A stretch of 36,167 nucleotides of DNA, from positions 1 to 36,167 of the forward strand of contig NKIB01015391.1 in assembly GCA_002256025.1 (NCBI GenBank), written 5' to 3'. The position numbers and the translations under genes are program-made. The notes below the pieces were generated by a model. It was given only the letters and a program-made list of their open reading frames with translations, did not search any database and was not told where the DNA came from. Every line of letters begins with the position of its first letter. Within the stretch, counting starts at the first letter, position 1. Origin of the DNA: Asterionella formosa (taxonomy: Eukaryota). This document shows, piece by piece, positions 1-11,767 of this stretch.

Positions 1-72
1 ATCTTTCAATGTCAGGGGAGGAGGCTCATCAAGTGTGTTGGAACTCACAGAAGAATTGTATTTTGTGGACAT
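1..72 (-). CDS. Possible 5' end of a gene running off the window (MSTKYNSSVSSNTLDEPPPLTLKD...)
   Basis: ATG at 72 in TTTACC-ATG context, preceded by an A/C-rich leader typical of diatom 5' UTRs, and open to the window edge. Only 24 codons; no recognisable domain. Confidence 0.25.
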   Translation of the reverse strand, partial: MSTKYNSSVSSNTLDEPPPLTLKD

Positions 73-1650
73 GGTAAAGTTCGCCGTGATAAGCAATGTG
101 TTGTTGTTGTGCTAAATGAATGTGGTTTAGAGGTTGAGATGTTCTCTCTCCGTTGATGTTGAACGCTTTAACTCGATCCAAGCAAGCGAAAGTATCAACC
201 AACGAAATAGTGAACTTATGTACGACAATTCTGGAACAGTATTAGCGGTACGTACATCTGCTTATGTACATTTTTATCCAAGATAAATATTTAGCAAATC
301 GAAACTAGGAAGGTTGTGAGCGAACAATCGTGACTTGACTGACACCAATGGTGCAGGTAGAACTGAGGATACCGCCAGGCAGATTAATTTATCTTGAATA
401 GTCATAGACACTCCCGATACCAGGGTCGCGCACCAGTAGTTGAATGTACTAATATATGAATATATAAATTCATAGCGAATAATTACATCTTGTTCCACAC
501 TTAAGAAGATCACCTTAATACTAACTGAATAAATATCTCCTAGGCAGAGTAATGACTCGGTTTAACAAATTAGAGCCATATTCCGGAAATACCAGTACAC
601 ATTTTCCCTGAACTAGTTCGCTAGAATTCATGGGAATTGACAAGGATTGTCGTCAGTCCTCACGCTTGTACAAGCCGGACAAAAGTATAGAGAAGTGTAA
701 TTTGTACTAGACTACCGGTAGTAGAAATTGACTAAAAAGAGGAGTATCAAAAACAGGCTAAATTTCTAGTCGCGCCTTTTGAGTCTCGAAAACTCGTCCA
801 TGTAATGATGCGGACAAGCAATCTGTTCGAGTGTATGTAGTGAGGACTCAATGCTGGGTGATGGTACCTGGTACGGTGTATGTGTACGAGCCCTGGTACC
901 TGGTAGCTGTCCCAAGTAAGCGTAGCGTGATGGTTGGCCGCGTGATGATTGTTTGTGTGAGAGGGGTACTATGGTGTGGTATACTATGGGTAAATTGTCA
1001 ATTCTACCGTAGGATTTTCGCGACAGGAGTACCGGTATCTGCTGTACACCCCCCACTCCCCTTCGACCTCCGTGATGGCCGTTAACACATGTGTGTATGG
1101 CATCTGATGGATATTGTAGTTACATTTTGTCTACCAGGGTACCAGGTACCGCGTTGTATGCTATGGATATGGTGACCGGTATCGTGGCTCAACCAATAAG
1201 TAGCCACAGGTATGATGCATATGTGTGCATCGGTAATATATACCGGCGGTACATAAAATTTTATATACATAGACAGGCCTTTGTCGGAATCGTCATACCG
1301 GTACCAGGTAATGTATAAAAATATATATTTAATATACACGCCACCCGTGGAGTGATATGCCTATACTACGGTTTGCTGGTTGTTTGTAGGCTGCAGCGCT
1401 GGAATATTTGTCCGGTTGGTGATGCAATGGTTTTATGAGTTCATGTGGATTTTGAAAAACGCGATGTCGGTGTTCGTTGGTTTTGTTGTTGTTTTATGGA
1501 ATGAAAGGGCGTCATTGAATAAGGGTTGTAGCGGAAAGGTACGTCGTCGTGGAGGTGGAGCGTACTGAGCAAAGAAATGGGCAAATAAACGCGATTTCAA
1601 TGGGCTGGTGTTGCTTATATTTTTACACTGACTACATGCGTTGCAATTGT

Positions 1651-2620
1651 TCAGGTGGGTAGAGGTGGGATACAACCGGAGTCTTTCACATTGGAGTATG
1701 TAGTGGTGCTATTGATGACTGAGACTTGTTGTTTGGCCATTGCTGGGAGGTGCCAGAGGTATTCTTTCCAGGAGTCACTCTTCCAACGAAGGCAGTATTG
1801 GATGATGTCTTTTGGCCTGTGGGCCAAGAACACAAGCGCCTACTCATGCAGAGTGATTTGAGTTTTTGCTAGGTCAAGGGGGTCATTGACTTTGTGTACA
1901 ATGCTTCCTAAGTCTTTCATCTTTTCTCATATTTCCAGGTCATTGATGAGTTTTACTGTGGAGGTTAGATGACAATCCACCACGGTGTATATACAGAGAG
2001 GGTGTAGTGGGGGTATGTGATGGTCTTTTGCTTGGACAAAAATTCGAAGGATAGAGAGTATTGGGCAACGTTCAGGATGGTTGTCATCTCTTACTAGGTT
2101 GCGAGTTTGATCAACTTCTGAATTTTTTGATGTTGCCAGGTTATTTCAATTTTGGTGATATTGAAAGGTGATAGTATGATGACTTGTGTTGCAGAGATTG
2201 TGTGTTCATTGGCAATAAAGAAACGGAAATCTTGTGCTAAGAATGCCTTTGGCTCATTGTCAATGTTGTAAGCTATTCTGCCCCTGTTTGTATGTGTTGA
2301 GTATTGGCAATAATCAGACAAGCATAAACCGGTGTACAGGGCCAGGGTTACTAGCAAATCAGCCAAGGATGCGGTTAGGCTGTTTGGGTTGGATTCTTTT
2401 TGTGCTTGTTTGCAGAGGAAATTTATCATTTCTTTGGTAAAAGGGTTTGCTTTTCGGGGCCGGTTTTGCCATCGAGCGATTTCCTCAAGGATTTTTTGCA
2501 ATTCATAGCAAAGTCCTGTGTGTTGAGAGATGATCTGAGGATCTAGGAGAATTTTTGTGTTGTCAACAATTAACTGTCGGAAATGGTTTAGTAACTGATG
2601 GGCAACATGACGGGTGTATC
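1651..2620 (-). pseudogene. Tyrosine recombinase (YR) domain of the retroelement, disrupted
   Basis: ALYTGLCLSDYCQ (GxRxSEY box, R->C at 2322-2324), WQHQK, CPILSILRI, HSA*VGACVL (HxxR box, stop at 1844-1846), IQYCLRWKSDSWKEYLW (W and catalytic Tyr, Tyr codon at 1759-1761). Confidence 0.85.
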
Positions 2621-2777
2621 CGTCAATTGTGTCTCATTTCACCAATGTAAATGGATTGTGTTTCTGAGGGCAACAAGGTGTTGGGCATAGACAGCATCTG
2701 GATGTTGCATTGGCATTGGGAGTATGTTGTCAGGTAAGGGTCAATCTGTTTTTGTCTGCAATATTTCATGTAATGTT

Positions 2778-4250
2778 TTACATGTGACTGAGCTGTCCTG
2801 GCTGAATTTTGGTTGTGGGAATAATTACAGATCCAGTAGAGAGTGTGGAGTTCATGAGTTTGAGTAACTCGGGACTCGGTCGAAAGCACCTCAAACCTTG
2901 GATCTTGGGAATCTGTTGTTTGAGGGATTGGGTAGTAGCAAAATGAAAATGTGAGTCAAGTTGAAAATGGGTGTGATCAAGTGTTTGTGAGATTTTGTCA
3001 GCTAAAACCATTTGAATTTTGAGGTTGCTACTTGGTCAAGCCAATCTTGGTGTGAGTTGGTCTCTGTGGAGATCCACGATTGGTCTTTTTCCTGCAGAAG
3101 TGTGTTGTACTCATCTGAGGTAAGAATATGTTTGAAATGCTTGCTTATTGTATTGTGGAGTGTGCTCATGAATGCAATGAACAGGAATGCTCCCCATCAG
3201 CAACATTGAGTTGCATTGACAAGGGTGCCTGCCAACTGGCTGGCTTCCAGGAGTGTGAAGCTTTTTCTTTGGGGGCCCCATGTAGTGGTTAGAGCTGTGT
3301 GTATTGCAACCCTTTTGTCAATGGGTAGACTCACTGTCATTGTCCTTGTGTTAACAATTTTTCCCAGGATGTTTCTGCAGTAGGAAATCTCTGTTTTGTG
3401 CTGGAGTTTATCCATGTCTGTGGCATCAGGTTTCAAGGTGTGATCTGGAAGACCAAGTACCAAATTTTTTGCTGTGATAGATGCTCTGGTGGCCCTGAGT
3501 ATGTGATCAATGGATGCTGCTGCATAGATTTTGTCGTCGACACGCATGGCAAAGTTTGGTGGGGAAACTCTGTTTTGGTCAGTAAGTTTTACAGGGTTGA
3601 ATTTGTCTTTGGTTGCTTCTGTGAAAGTGATGGATTTGTATTCTGGATCTGGGCTAACTTTTACTTTGTTCATGTATGTTTGGTGGGTTGGGATGTCAAC
3701 ATTCGTGTTGAGTAAATTGGATGCAATTTGACAGGTGGCTCTTGAGAATGGATCCCAATTTGGTGGGCTGGTTGTGTCACCAAAAGTTTGGGCAACTGCA
3801 GTATGTTTGACTGTGAAAATGTTCTCATGTGCATCATCTTTGTTCATGGCTTTGGTGACCAGGGTTGGGTTAGAGTCAATGGTTTTGTGGTTGCCATAGG
3901 TGCGATATTCCTTGACTTGTTGGGCTGAGAAATGAGCATTGATTTGGGCTGGGCATCCGAATGTAAGAATGCAGGCTATGTGTTGGTATGTGGGTTCATC
4001 AACTTTTCCCTTCAGTCGGGGCAAGATGATAGCTGTGCTGCAATAGGGGAGTCCAAGAAGGGTTCCTCCAACATATCAAATACATGCAGCAATCCAAAGT
4101 GAAGAAGGAGTGCTGACCTCATTTTGGTGCAATGAGGTGGAATAGCTTGTTGGGTGGTCCAGTTTGGGTCATGGGTTTGGAGTGGGCTAAAATTCACTGT
4201 GGATAATTCCACAATTTTTCGGCAGAGGTGTTTGACTCTTCGGTCCATGG
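2778..4250 (-). pseudogene. Reverse transcriptase/RNase H of the retroelement, disrupted and apparently internally deleted
   Basis: QTFGDTTSPPNWDPFSRA (RT motif B-like), FAMRVDD (YxDD-like), ILGKIVNTRTMTVSLPIDKR, FTLLEASQLAGTL (thumb) and VLADKISQ (RH C-terminal motif). RT motif A and the first RH aspartate block are not visible. Confidence 0.8.
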
Positions 4251-4501
4251 ACCAGAGGGCTTTGTAGTCATCCTTTTTCAGGTACTATGTGCACCTGATA
4301 TTTTTTGTATGGGACTAGTTTGCGCATGGTCCATGGTGAATGAGTTATTATTGCATTGTGAGGGTTTGTAGAATTGGAGGAGCCTTGCTTGTTTTTGGTG
4401 TTGTGGCATATTATTAGAGAGTTCTACAAATAAGATCATGGTGTGTTGTATGTTTAACTGTTTTTCTAGCTTACTCACATCTGTTGGATCCAATCCATGG
4501 T

Positions 4502-6997
4502 TTAATTTTTTATGTCTCTCACCCAAGTGATGGTGGAGTCATTTTCAACCCAACTGACGAATTTTTTGGCTTCGGCTATGGTGCCGATTTCAGACGGTTT
4601 GGTGGGGTGATGGTATCGGCAGTTTGTTTGATGGCATACTTGGTGCTCAGTTATGTGTCCAAAACACACAAACTCTTTGACATCATTTGATCCTGGGACT
4701 ACCAAAGGATTATGGTCCTGTACTTTCCAATTAGCCAGAACTGGGTGGACTAAACTGATGTAAGTTACTGTTGAGATGGGATTTTCAGCTCTTGGTTTCT
4801 TTGTTTGTGTGGGAATGTTTTTGTCGACATCTTTGTCAGTTACTTTTTGGCGATCTTTGGTTCTTTGTTTGTTTGTTTGCTGGTCATAACTCTTGAGAGA
4901 CTTGTTTGAATCTGTAGAGCTTGTTTTGTTCTGTGTGGGGCTTTGTTCTATGAAAAGCCTGCTGCACAACAATGAGTTAAAAGTTGGTGCACTGCATTGT
5001 ATGTCTGCATTGATATTGTTCACTGTGCAACAACTGTTGTAATAATCATCAAAGGCAAGGTGGTTGTCATAAATGGGTTGACCATGAAGAATAGCGTGAC
5101 AGATTTCTGGTTGTGGCTGATGTCTGAAACAGCTGCAACCGTGGTTGCAGCTACCTGGAGAATGTAAGGTACAGCTTTGGGTATGGCTTGAAAGCTGGTG
5201 CGTCTGGGGGCACTGGCGGTAACATGGTAAGTTGTATCAACCAAGCTTGACAAAATGTTTGTCAATGAAGACACCAGTGAGTTTGGAATTGTTGAAGCTG
5301 TTCTGACAAGTGTTTGGAGTAAGATTAAAAAGTTCATCAATGTTTTTGCAACTGATTTGATGGAGTCATCTCCCAAATTTGTGTATTGAATGTTTGTGGT
5401 TGACTTTGCTTGGTGGTGATCAGCTTCATTTGCTTGTGCATCCAAAGTGAGCCTTGTTTGGTGTTCCATTAGTTTTTGGTAACCTGCAGCGTGATCTGCA
5501 TGAGGGCATGCCATGTGGTATAGTGTGATTGGACCATTGAGGATGTCTTTGGGTGATTGTGCTTGTACTAACTCATCTAAAGTTGCAATTGAGCAGGCTT
5601 TCAGTTTCCCCACCATGGTGTTGTTTATAGCATGGATTGCAAGTTCAGAAATTTGCCAGGGACTCGTTAGGTCAGCTCCTGCGCTCTGGAGGGACTTTGT
5701 TGTTTGAGAAAGGAGGTGTCGAAATTGTACGACGGCTGCTGTGGTGGAGGTGGTGTTGAGGACCTCGCAGAATTGGGATGGGGTTGAGTGGAGCATATGT
5801 TATAAAATACCCTCAATTGTTTGGGTTACAAGGATAGTTGTCTGCTCGGCGGCGGAATCCAAAGACATTATATGTTGCAAGCCTGTCCAGCTGGTTTTGG
5901 ATGTTTGCTGGTTGATTTTGGTATTGTTGGCCAAAAAGAGCTTCAGTAGGGAATGGGGTAGTCATGGGGGTGCTGTTTGGCATAGGGGTGTGATTCGGGT
6001 GGAATAGTAGTTGTTGTGGAGTATCTGCCAGCTGGTAGTAGTGGAGGTTTGCCAAGGCTTGCTGGTACGCTATTTTATGGTGATCATCATGGTTTGCGGT
6101 ATGATAAACATTGTTGACTTGGGGATTGAGGGGGATGGGTATTCCAGTGAGCCTCGGGGGTGGTTGGTGGCAGTTGTTGGTGTTGGTCTCAGTGTAATGT
6201 AATGGTTGTGGGTTGTTTTGTTGCTGGGGGACGTGGTTGGAAGGGTGGAGTTGATTTGTTGGAGTGACTGTTGGGGGAGGTTCTGGTGATGTGTATGTGT
6301 TTGCTGTTGGATAGGATGTTTGGTACGGGAATCCTCTGTGTTGAAAAAGTGGATCTTCCTGCACCAACTTTTGGGTTGGGGTTGCTGGTGTTTGGAAGGT
6401 CCGTTGGAATGAATATGGGTCAACCGGTGCTGGCTGGAAAGACAGAGCAGGAAAAATTAAGGAAACTGATGGAGGAGGTAGATTCACAAATTAAGGTTAG
6501 ATGCAGATTTGATCAACAAAGGGTTAGGGAAAGCGATTAAAAAAAATGTCTGCTTCCAATGGAGGTGAGAATTAAACGACATACTTTACAGCAGAGGCGC
6601 TTGTGGGTGGAAACTGTGGATCTTGATTTTAATGCTTGGAATAATGATCAATCCGTAGTTGTTATCATGGGTGATGACAAGGATGGCTTCGGCATGACGA
6701 AGGGATTCGGTTTCTTCTTCAAGTGTTGGAGCTTGGAAAAAAGATGCAAAAGGGTGGTCCAGGTTGTAGGTTCCATCAGGGTGTCTTGGTGGAGTCTCGG
6801 TTGGTTGGTAGGATGAATTGACAAGGCTTGTTTGTAGGGTAGCTTTTTGAGCTGCAGTGAGGTTGGATGTGTGAAATAAGTTGTGGAGCGTCTGGTAACA
6901 TTTGAGCATTGGGTTTTGGTGGTGGCTGGTTGCTGGTGGCGGTGGCTGCTGTGGTGGCTGCTGTGGCAACGAGCTGATTGGCTGGTGGAAGCATCAT
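4502..6997 (-). pseudogene. ORF1/gag-like region of the retroelement, frameshifted into several pieces
   Basis: Abutting minus-strand ORFs (6586-6969, 5813-6487, 5020-5796, 4502-5023). The N-terminal part is Pro/Gln/Thr-rich, and a C-terminal C-x9-C-x4-C-x3-H motif (CFGHITEHQVCHQTNCRYHH) lies just before the RT. Confidence 0.65.
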
Positions 6998-7969
6998 GGT
7001 GGTTCGTGTGGGTTTTTTGTTTTTGTTTTTGTTTTTTAGACTATATAGACAATTCCAAGTTAAGGAATTATGAGTGAGTTTAGTTTGTTTTGTTTATGAT
7101 AGGAAAATTTAATGTGTTTCATTAAAACCGGTATTGTTTGTTTGAATGCTATACTCTGGAAATATTGGTGTATTGGTTAATATGTATATTGTGGTGTTGA
7201 TATTTATACTAAAGGCATTTGTCGAATATTTTATAAATTGACATAATTGCTTGTCTAGCATCTAAAGCTAATGATATTTTGAAGTTGTGGGGTTAGTATA
7301 GTAAAGAAAGAATGAATAGTATTCGCCTATTCTTGCCATAAATGTATATGCGGGCATACTATTAGACAGACTGTATGTACACATGGTTGTTTGTTGTGAT
7401 TACCATGACATGTAACTAATATTGGCAGTTGATGTTTTTCCTCGCTCATAGCAATTTTATATTGCAATATTTTGTAGTGCCATAGGCCAGGTGACGATGA
7501 CTGTTTTAGGTGTAGGTGCACCACCAAATTAAGTTCGTGATGTGTTTGGATTGAAATGTTTGGTTTTGGTTTGTTTAGAAATTATGCTGTTATGGTTGTG
7601 AAACTGGTTCCAAGCTAGGTTGAGTGGCATTTGTGTATGCACATATGTGTTGTGTAGATCGTATCATGTGATCTGTATATAGTTTCCTCGTCTCTCCGGC
7701 CGGTTTTGGAGAAAAACGGTGTATTGATAGCAAAACATTTTTTGTTCGATTGTTTGCTGTTGGTTGCTTGTTGTGTTTTGAAAAAACTCATCAGGTGTAT
7801 AGCATGGCAGGCATTCAGATTGGAGTGAGTGATTGTTGGCTGCTCCGATTGTGTGTGTGGCCACTGGTGTTGGCCGCAGTTTTGTGATTGAAAATGAAAA
7901 CACAATTGTTCGTCTGTGAATAGATTTTCTATTAGATCTAACGTTTCACTCAGCATACGTTAAAAAACT

Positions 7970-8430
7970 GATTGATTATTCAAATATCTTGACATGTTGA
8001 TGATAATTTTGATATATCAACGGCCGTGTCTGTATGATCAATCAAATTTGTTCGTCAGGTTACTAGCATACACATGTTAGGTTATGCGTATATATGAACT
8101 CGTATATGATAGTTGCCAAATCTAATCGGTAAATCCAAATTGTTGATATATTGATCAAATGTTTTGTTATGTTGATGATCATTTTGATTTATCAATGACC
8201 GTGAAAATGTGGTCAATCAAATTTGTTTGTCACATTGTTTTCTTACACATGTCAGCTTACGCATAGATAGAGGTCATATATATTAGTTATCAAAACTAAT
8301 ATGCTAGCTAAATGTTTTGATATATTGAAACGTTGTTTGATTTATCAATAGCTGTTGTTGTTCTTTGATCAATTATTGTTTTAGCGAAGGTTATGACTTT
8401 ACACAGATCACCTTATGTGTATGTAAACCT
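7970..8430. repeat. Diverged AT-rich tandem repeat, about 3 copies of 155-175 bp
   Basis: Recurring anchors TGAT(A/T)TATCAA, TCAATCAAATTTGTT and TACACA..(T/C)TA(T/C)G. The TACACA anchors are at about 8069, 8244 and 8400. Confidence 0.7.
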
Positions 8431-10206
8431 TGTACCCAACGATGCTATCAGAATGAATTCTGTGAATACAAGGGTGCGTTCCTTGTTGCCATTCCGATTT
8501 GAATGCTCTACCGGTACATTCTTTGATCCAATTCTTTTACCGGTAGTATTCATCATTGTTTAATCTCTCCATTTGCATATCAGTAGTCGAATTTCTTACA
8601 AGCCATGTGTGTTGGTTGAACAATCCCTGACGAGCTACTTCTTGCGGGGACGATGATGATCTCTGTCTTATAACGAATGATGTGGTCTCGATATTTATGG
8701 AGAATTATGCTGGCGAAGTTTGATAGTTTGTTGGCTACTCGAAATCAAAAGCTTTGGTCAATTTATACAACAGAATTGGAGAACGATGTATTGAAGGCCA
8801 TACCCGATTCCAATTCCAACCGAAATCAAGAAGATAGTACCTTTTGATCATAATTCGCCCATTGCGAACATCGATCCGTATTTCGAATCTGTTCTTCAAG
8901 ATGAGATGTGGATCAAAGTGAAGATGGACCAGATGGCGGCGCAGTTTGTTGCTCATGGCCTTAATTATGGGTCTTCCATTCTCATTGACTAGCGAGCATG
9001 TTTGTATGCTGCAGAATTAGAGCCACAACATCACTAATCAGGAAGTAGCTTCATTTCATTCAGGAAATAGTAGCATCACATGAACCTTGAATAGCAGGGG
9101 GTTCGAAATAACAATTGTAACTTCGCTTAATAACATTGTACTAAGTGACCGCTATATTTATATAGCTTATATATGCGTAGTGTACCTTGTCCCACACATA
9201 TGTTCTCGCCACTCTGAAGCAGTGTAAAATATTTATGAGGGTACCAGAACCATTATTCAATCAATAGCTGATTCCAATGTAGTACAGCAACAATGGTTGT
9301 CGAAATGAGTCCAATGATGTTCATAAACTTCTTCGTTATTGGGGCGTTTCAAATGATCCCTGTATTACTAATATTGTTGCTGCTGGTATTGCTACAGATG
9401 AAAAGAGGAACAAGCTTCTGTGCACCATTACGGCCACATTTGAGAAGCATCGCCAAAATTGAGAAACCTTTTTCCTGAAGAGCCGATGGAATTATTCATA
9501 CCTGTCATTCCAAATAAAGATCACCGATGTCGTGTATTTTCCCTTTATGTATTGACATAGGCAAATGAAAACGAAATAGTTGATGCCAGTTCATCTTTTC
9601 CCCCATACCATTCCAAGAATTAAAGATCGTGTTGCTTGTATGCCCGTGGTAGATCTTGTTTCTACTTCCTCAGAGCGTCTAATTGAGTCTATCAAATCTG
9701 ATAGACTTAATATGAGATCTCCCCCTTCCAAAGCAAAAGCAAAATGTAAATTAACTACAACTCCAGACATGGTTGCCAATCCGGAAGAAGCAGTCCATGA
9801 CTTGTCACCAAAGAGTTCTGAAATTTTAGGAGTGATTGGGAAAGTAAATGAAGAACAGGTTAAGGAGAAAAGTGATTTGTCCCATTTATCCAGTAAGGAG
9901 TTGGAAATATTGAAACAGGACATGGTTGCCAGTCTTGATGTACTTCATGGTGCATTTGGTGGCATATTGTTGTCTTTCTGATGTGGTCCAAAATCTCGAG
10001 GAAAGTGAGTTTTCCATAAAATTATCGCTGGTCCTATATGATTCCGAAATTTCCTTGAAGTTTCAAATGATGTTTTGTTAAACAAGCCAGACTCTAGGAG
10101 GACCAGATAGAATTGCTTTGTTGAGAACAAAATCCAGAACACTGTCATCTAAAGTAGTCATTCACAAGTTGTTTGTGATGTAAATAATTATTTCGTCTAA
10201 ACATAG

Positions 10207-10419
10207 AAACGTCAAAACGCGGCAAATGGCCGGAAAAATAAAATGACCATGACTGGGGCAATAGAGGGGCGGTCCAAATCAAAAGTAAGCAAATCTTGCT
10301 TGCGCTATTTTCATCACTTCGGCCGAAAAAGGAGAACGATTTGGAGATAATAAAGCAAAGTAAGCAAGACCTGCTTGCTTTTGCTTTGGCGCCCCAGTCA
10401 TTGTCATTTCTTGACGTTT
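10207..10419. mobile_element. MITE-like inverted-repeat structure
   Basis: AAATGACCATGACTGGGGC (10241-10259) pairs with GCCCCAGTCATTGTCATTT (10391-10409) with 1 mismatch. An outer pair is AAACGTCAA/TTGACGTTT. Two internal AAAGTAAGCAA..TGCTTGC quasi-palindromes. Confidence 0.5.
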
Positions 10420-10732
10420 TCCTGTTTTGAAGAATAATATTATCATAAAACCTAAATGGTGATCACCATGCATACAGATGATTTCGAAGAGTGCATTGAT
10501 GATGTTTTCTATACACCTGTCCTGCGTCAGGTTATAAATCTCAGGTACACATCGCAAGGTCTCTTTTTTTCCCAAAATAACTTTATGATGTACTTCAATC
10601 TACACAGTATGTACAGCTACATAAAATAGTTGAAGGAAAAATTAGCTTTCATCAATATGACCACTTTGCATATGCTTGGAGACAGTCATTGCTCGACTTA
10701 AAAAATATATTCAGATATGGTAGGGACCTCAT

Positions 10733-10841
10733 TTCTGGAGAGAAGTGGCAGTTATCCCCCTAAGAATCGTAACTATCTCAAAAAAGGGGATAGGAAGCTT
10801 TTAAAAAATCAACGGGGGACAACTGCCACTTCTCTGCAGAA
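10733..10841. repeat. 28-bp inverted repeat with 53-bp spacer
   Basis: TTCTGGAGAGAAGTGGCAGTTATCCCCC (10733-10760) matches the reverse complement of 10814-10841 at 26/28. Confidence 0.85.
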
Positions 10842-11277
10842 GTTCACTCCTGACAGTTTTAGGGTACTCGGCTATCTATTTTATACTTCATAAAAACCCG
10901 TAGATGTAGAGCAATCATCCATCAAAAAGTCGACCCTATTGGCTTTTTCAACAGTCACCAAAATATTGGAATTGGAATTAGTACATGCAAAAACGTTCTT
11001 GTAGACTTAGAGTCTTGCACAGGTACTTTTGCTGAATATTTCTCTGTCCGAGGACAACTCTGCTGTATGGTAAGGATATAGGATCTGTCGAGAAAGTACA
11101 GAAAGGAACTTCGGTCTTTAAACTATGCTGTAAATAGTGGATTTTACCGACTCAAACGGTTTATTTGGCCAACTAGTAAAAAACCGAACTTCCTTACTGA
11201 ACTTTCTCGACAAAAGCTGCCCCCTTTCCTATAAATATTTTGATTGGTGAGATTGAATAACTTACCATCATTTGAGG

Positions 11278-11360
11278 GAATGGCTGGCTTAGTGGTATTT
11301 TAGCACTTTTAGCACGTTGCCTTTGATTTGAGCGAGGTTGTGAGGTTCGATTCCCGCAAT
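11278..11360 (+). pseudogene. tRNA-derived sequence (tRNA pseudogene or SINE head)
   Basis: Pol III A box TGGCTTAGTGG (11285-11295), B box GGTTCGATTCC (11344-11354) and D-stem GCT/AGC. A 9-bp duplication (TTTTAGCAC x2) interrupts it, and the anticodon and acceptor stems pair poorly. Confidence 0.55.
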
Positions 11361-11610
11361 TTTTTTGAGAATCAATTGTTGGGATCAACTCCCTCACTCC
11401 TTTCTGTACCGCACCGTCTTGCCTGGTGCGCAAGAAATAGTGGGTTGCACCCCCCTAAAAGCAGCTTGTGCCGCCTTCCTAGGCGAAAGGAGTTTCCGCT
11501 AACAGTGATGTTTCAATAATTATATTGTTATTTAAATATGAAAAGTAAACACAATTTGTACACCTGTACTGGTAGTTGGTCTCTTCCTGTGTTCAAAGTA
11601 GGTTGCTTGA

Positions 11611-11767
11611 TGTCAGCATGTTGAAGTTAGCAGTCAGTGACTGCATGTCAGTAGTCAGCAAATGAAGTCAGCAGTCAGCGAATATTTCAAATTCTTTTCA
11701 GCAAAATCAAGTCAGCAGTTAGCAACAAGAAGTCTGCAGTCAGCAAGTTGAAGTTGGTAGTCAGCGA
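11611..11767. repeat. Degenerate minisatellite built from GTCAGCA (about 21-bp higher-order unit AAGTCAGCAGTCAGCAA...)
   Basis: Many variant copies of (A)GTCAGCA in tandem. Confidence 0.8.

Larger units (their letters stand above)
1651..6997 (-). mobile_element. Degenerate tyrosine-recombinase retrotransposon (DIRS order, Ngaro-like): gag-like ORF1, RT, RH, YR
   Basis: Collinear minus-strand ORF fragments carry a Zn-finger, RT motifs, an RNase H-type LADxIS motif and YR catalytic motifs. There are many stops and frameshifts, and CpG is strongly depleted. Element ends were not resolved. Confidence 0.85.

Noticed and set aside
800..1560. Terminal or split direct repeats of the YR retrotransposon (compared with 7050-7950)
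   Set aside because: Only a short GTTGGCCGC match was seen, which is not enough to call element ends.
9580..9981. 133-aa ORF and neighbouring 8735-8956 and 9293-9478 ORFs
   Set aside because: No recognisable motifs, a non-ATG first codon for 9580, and no convincing splice model; possibly decayed coding DNA.
11278..11360. Functional tRNA gene
   Set aside because: The acceptor, anticodon and T stems do not pair properly, and there is an internal duplication.
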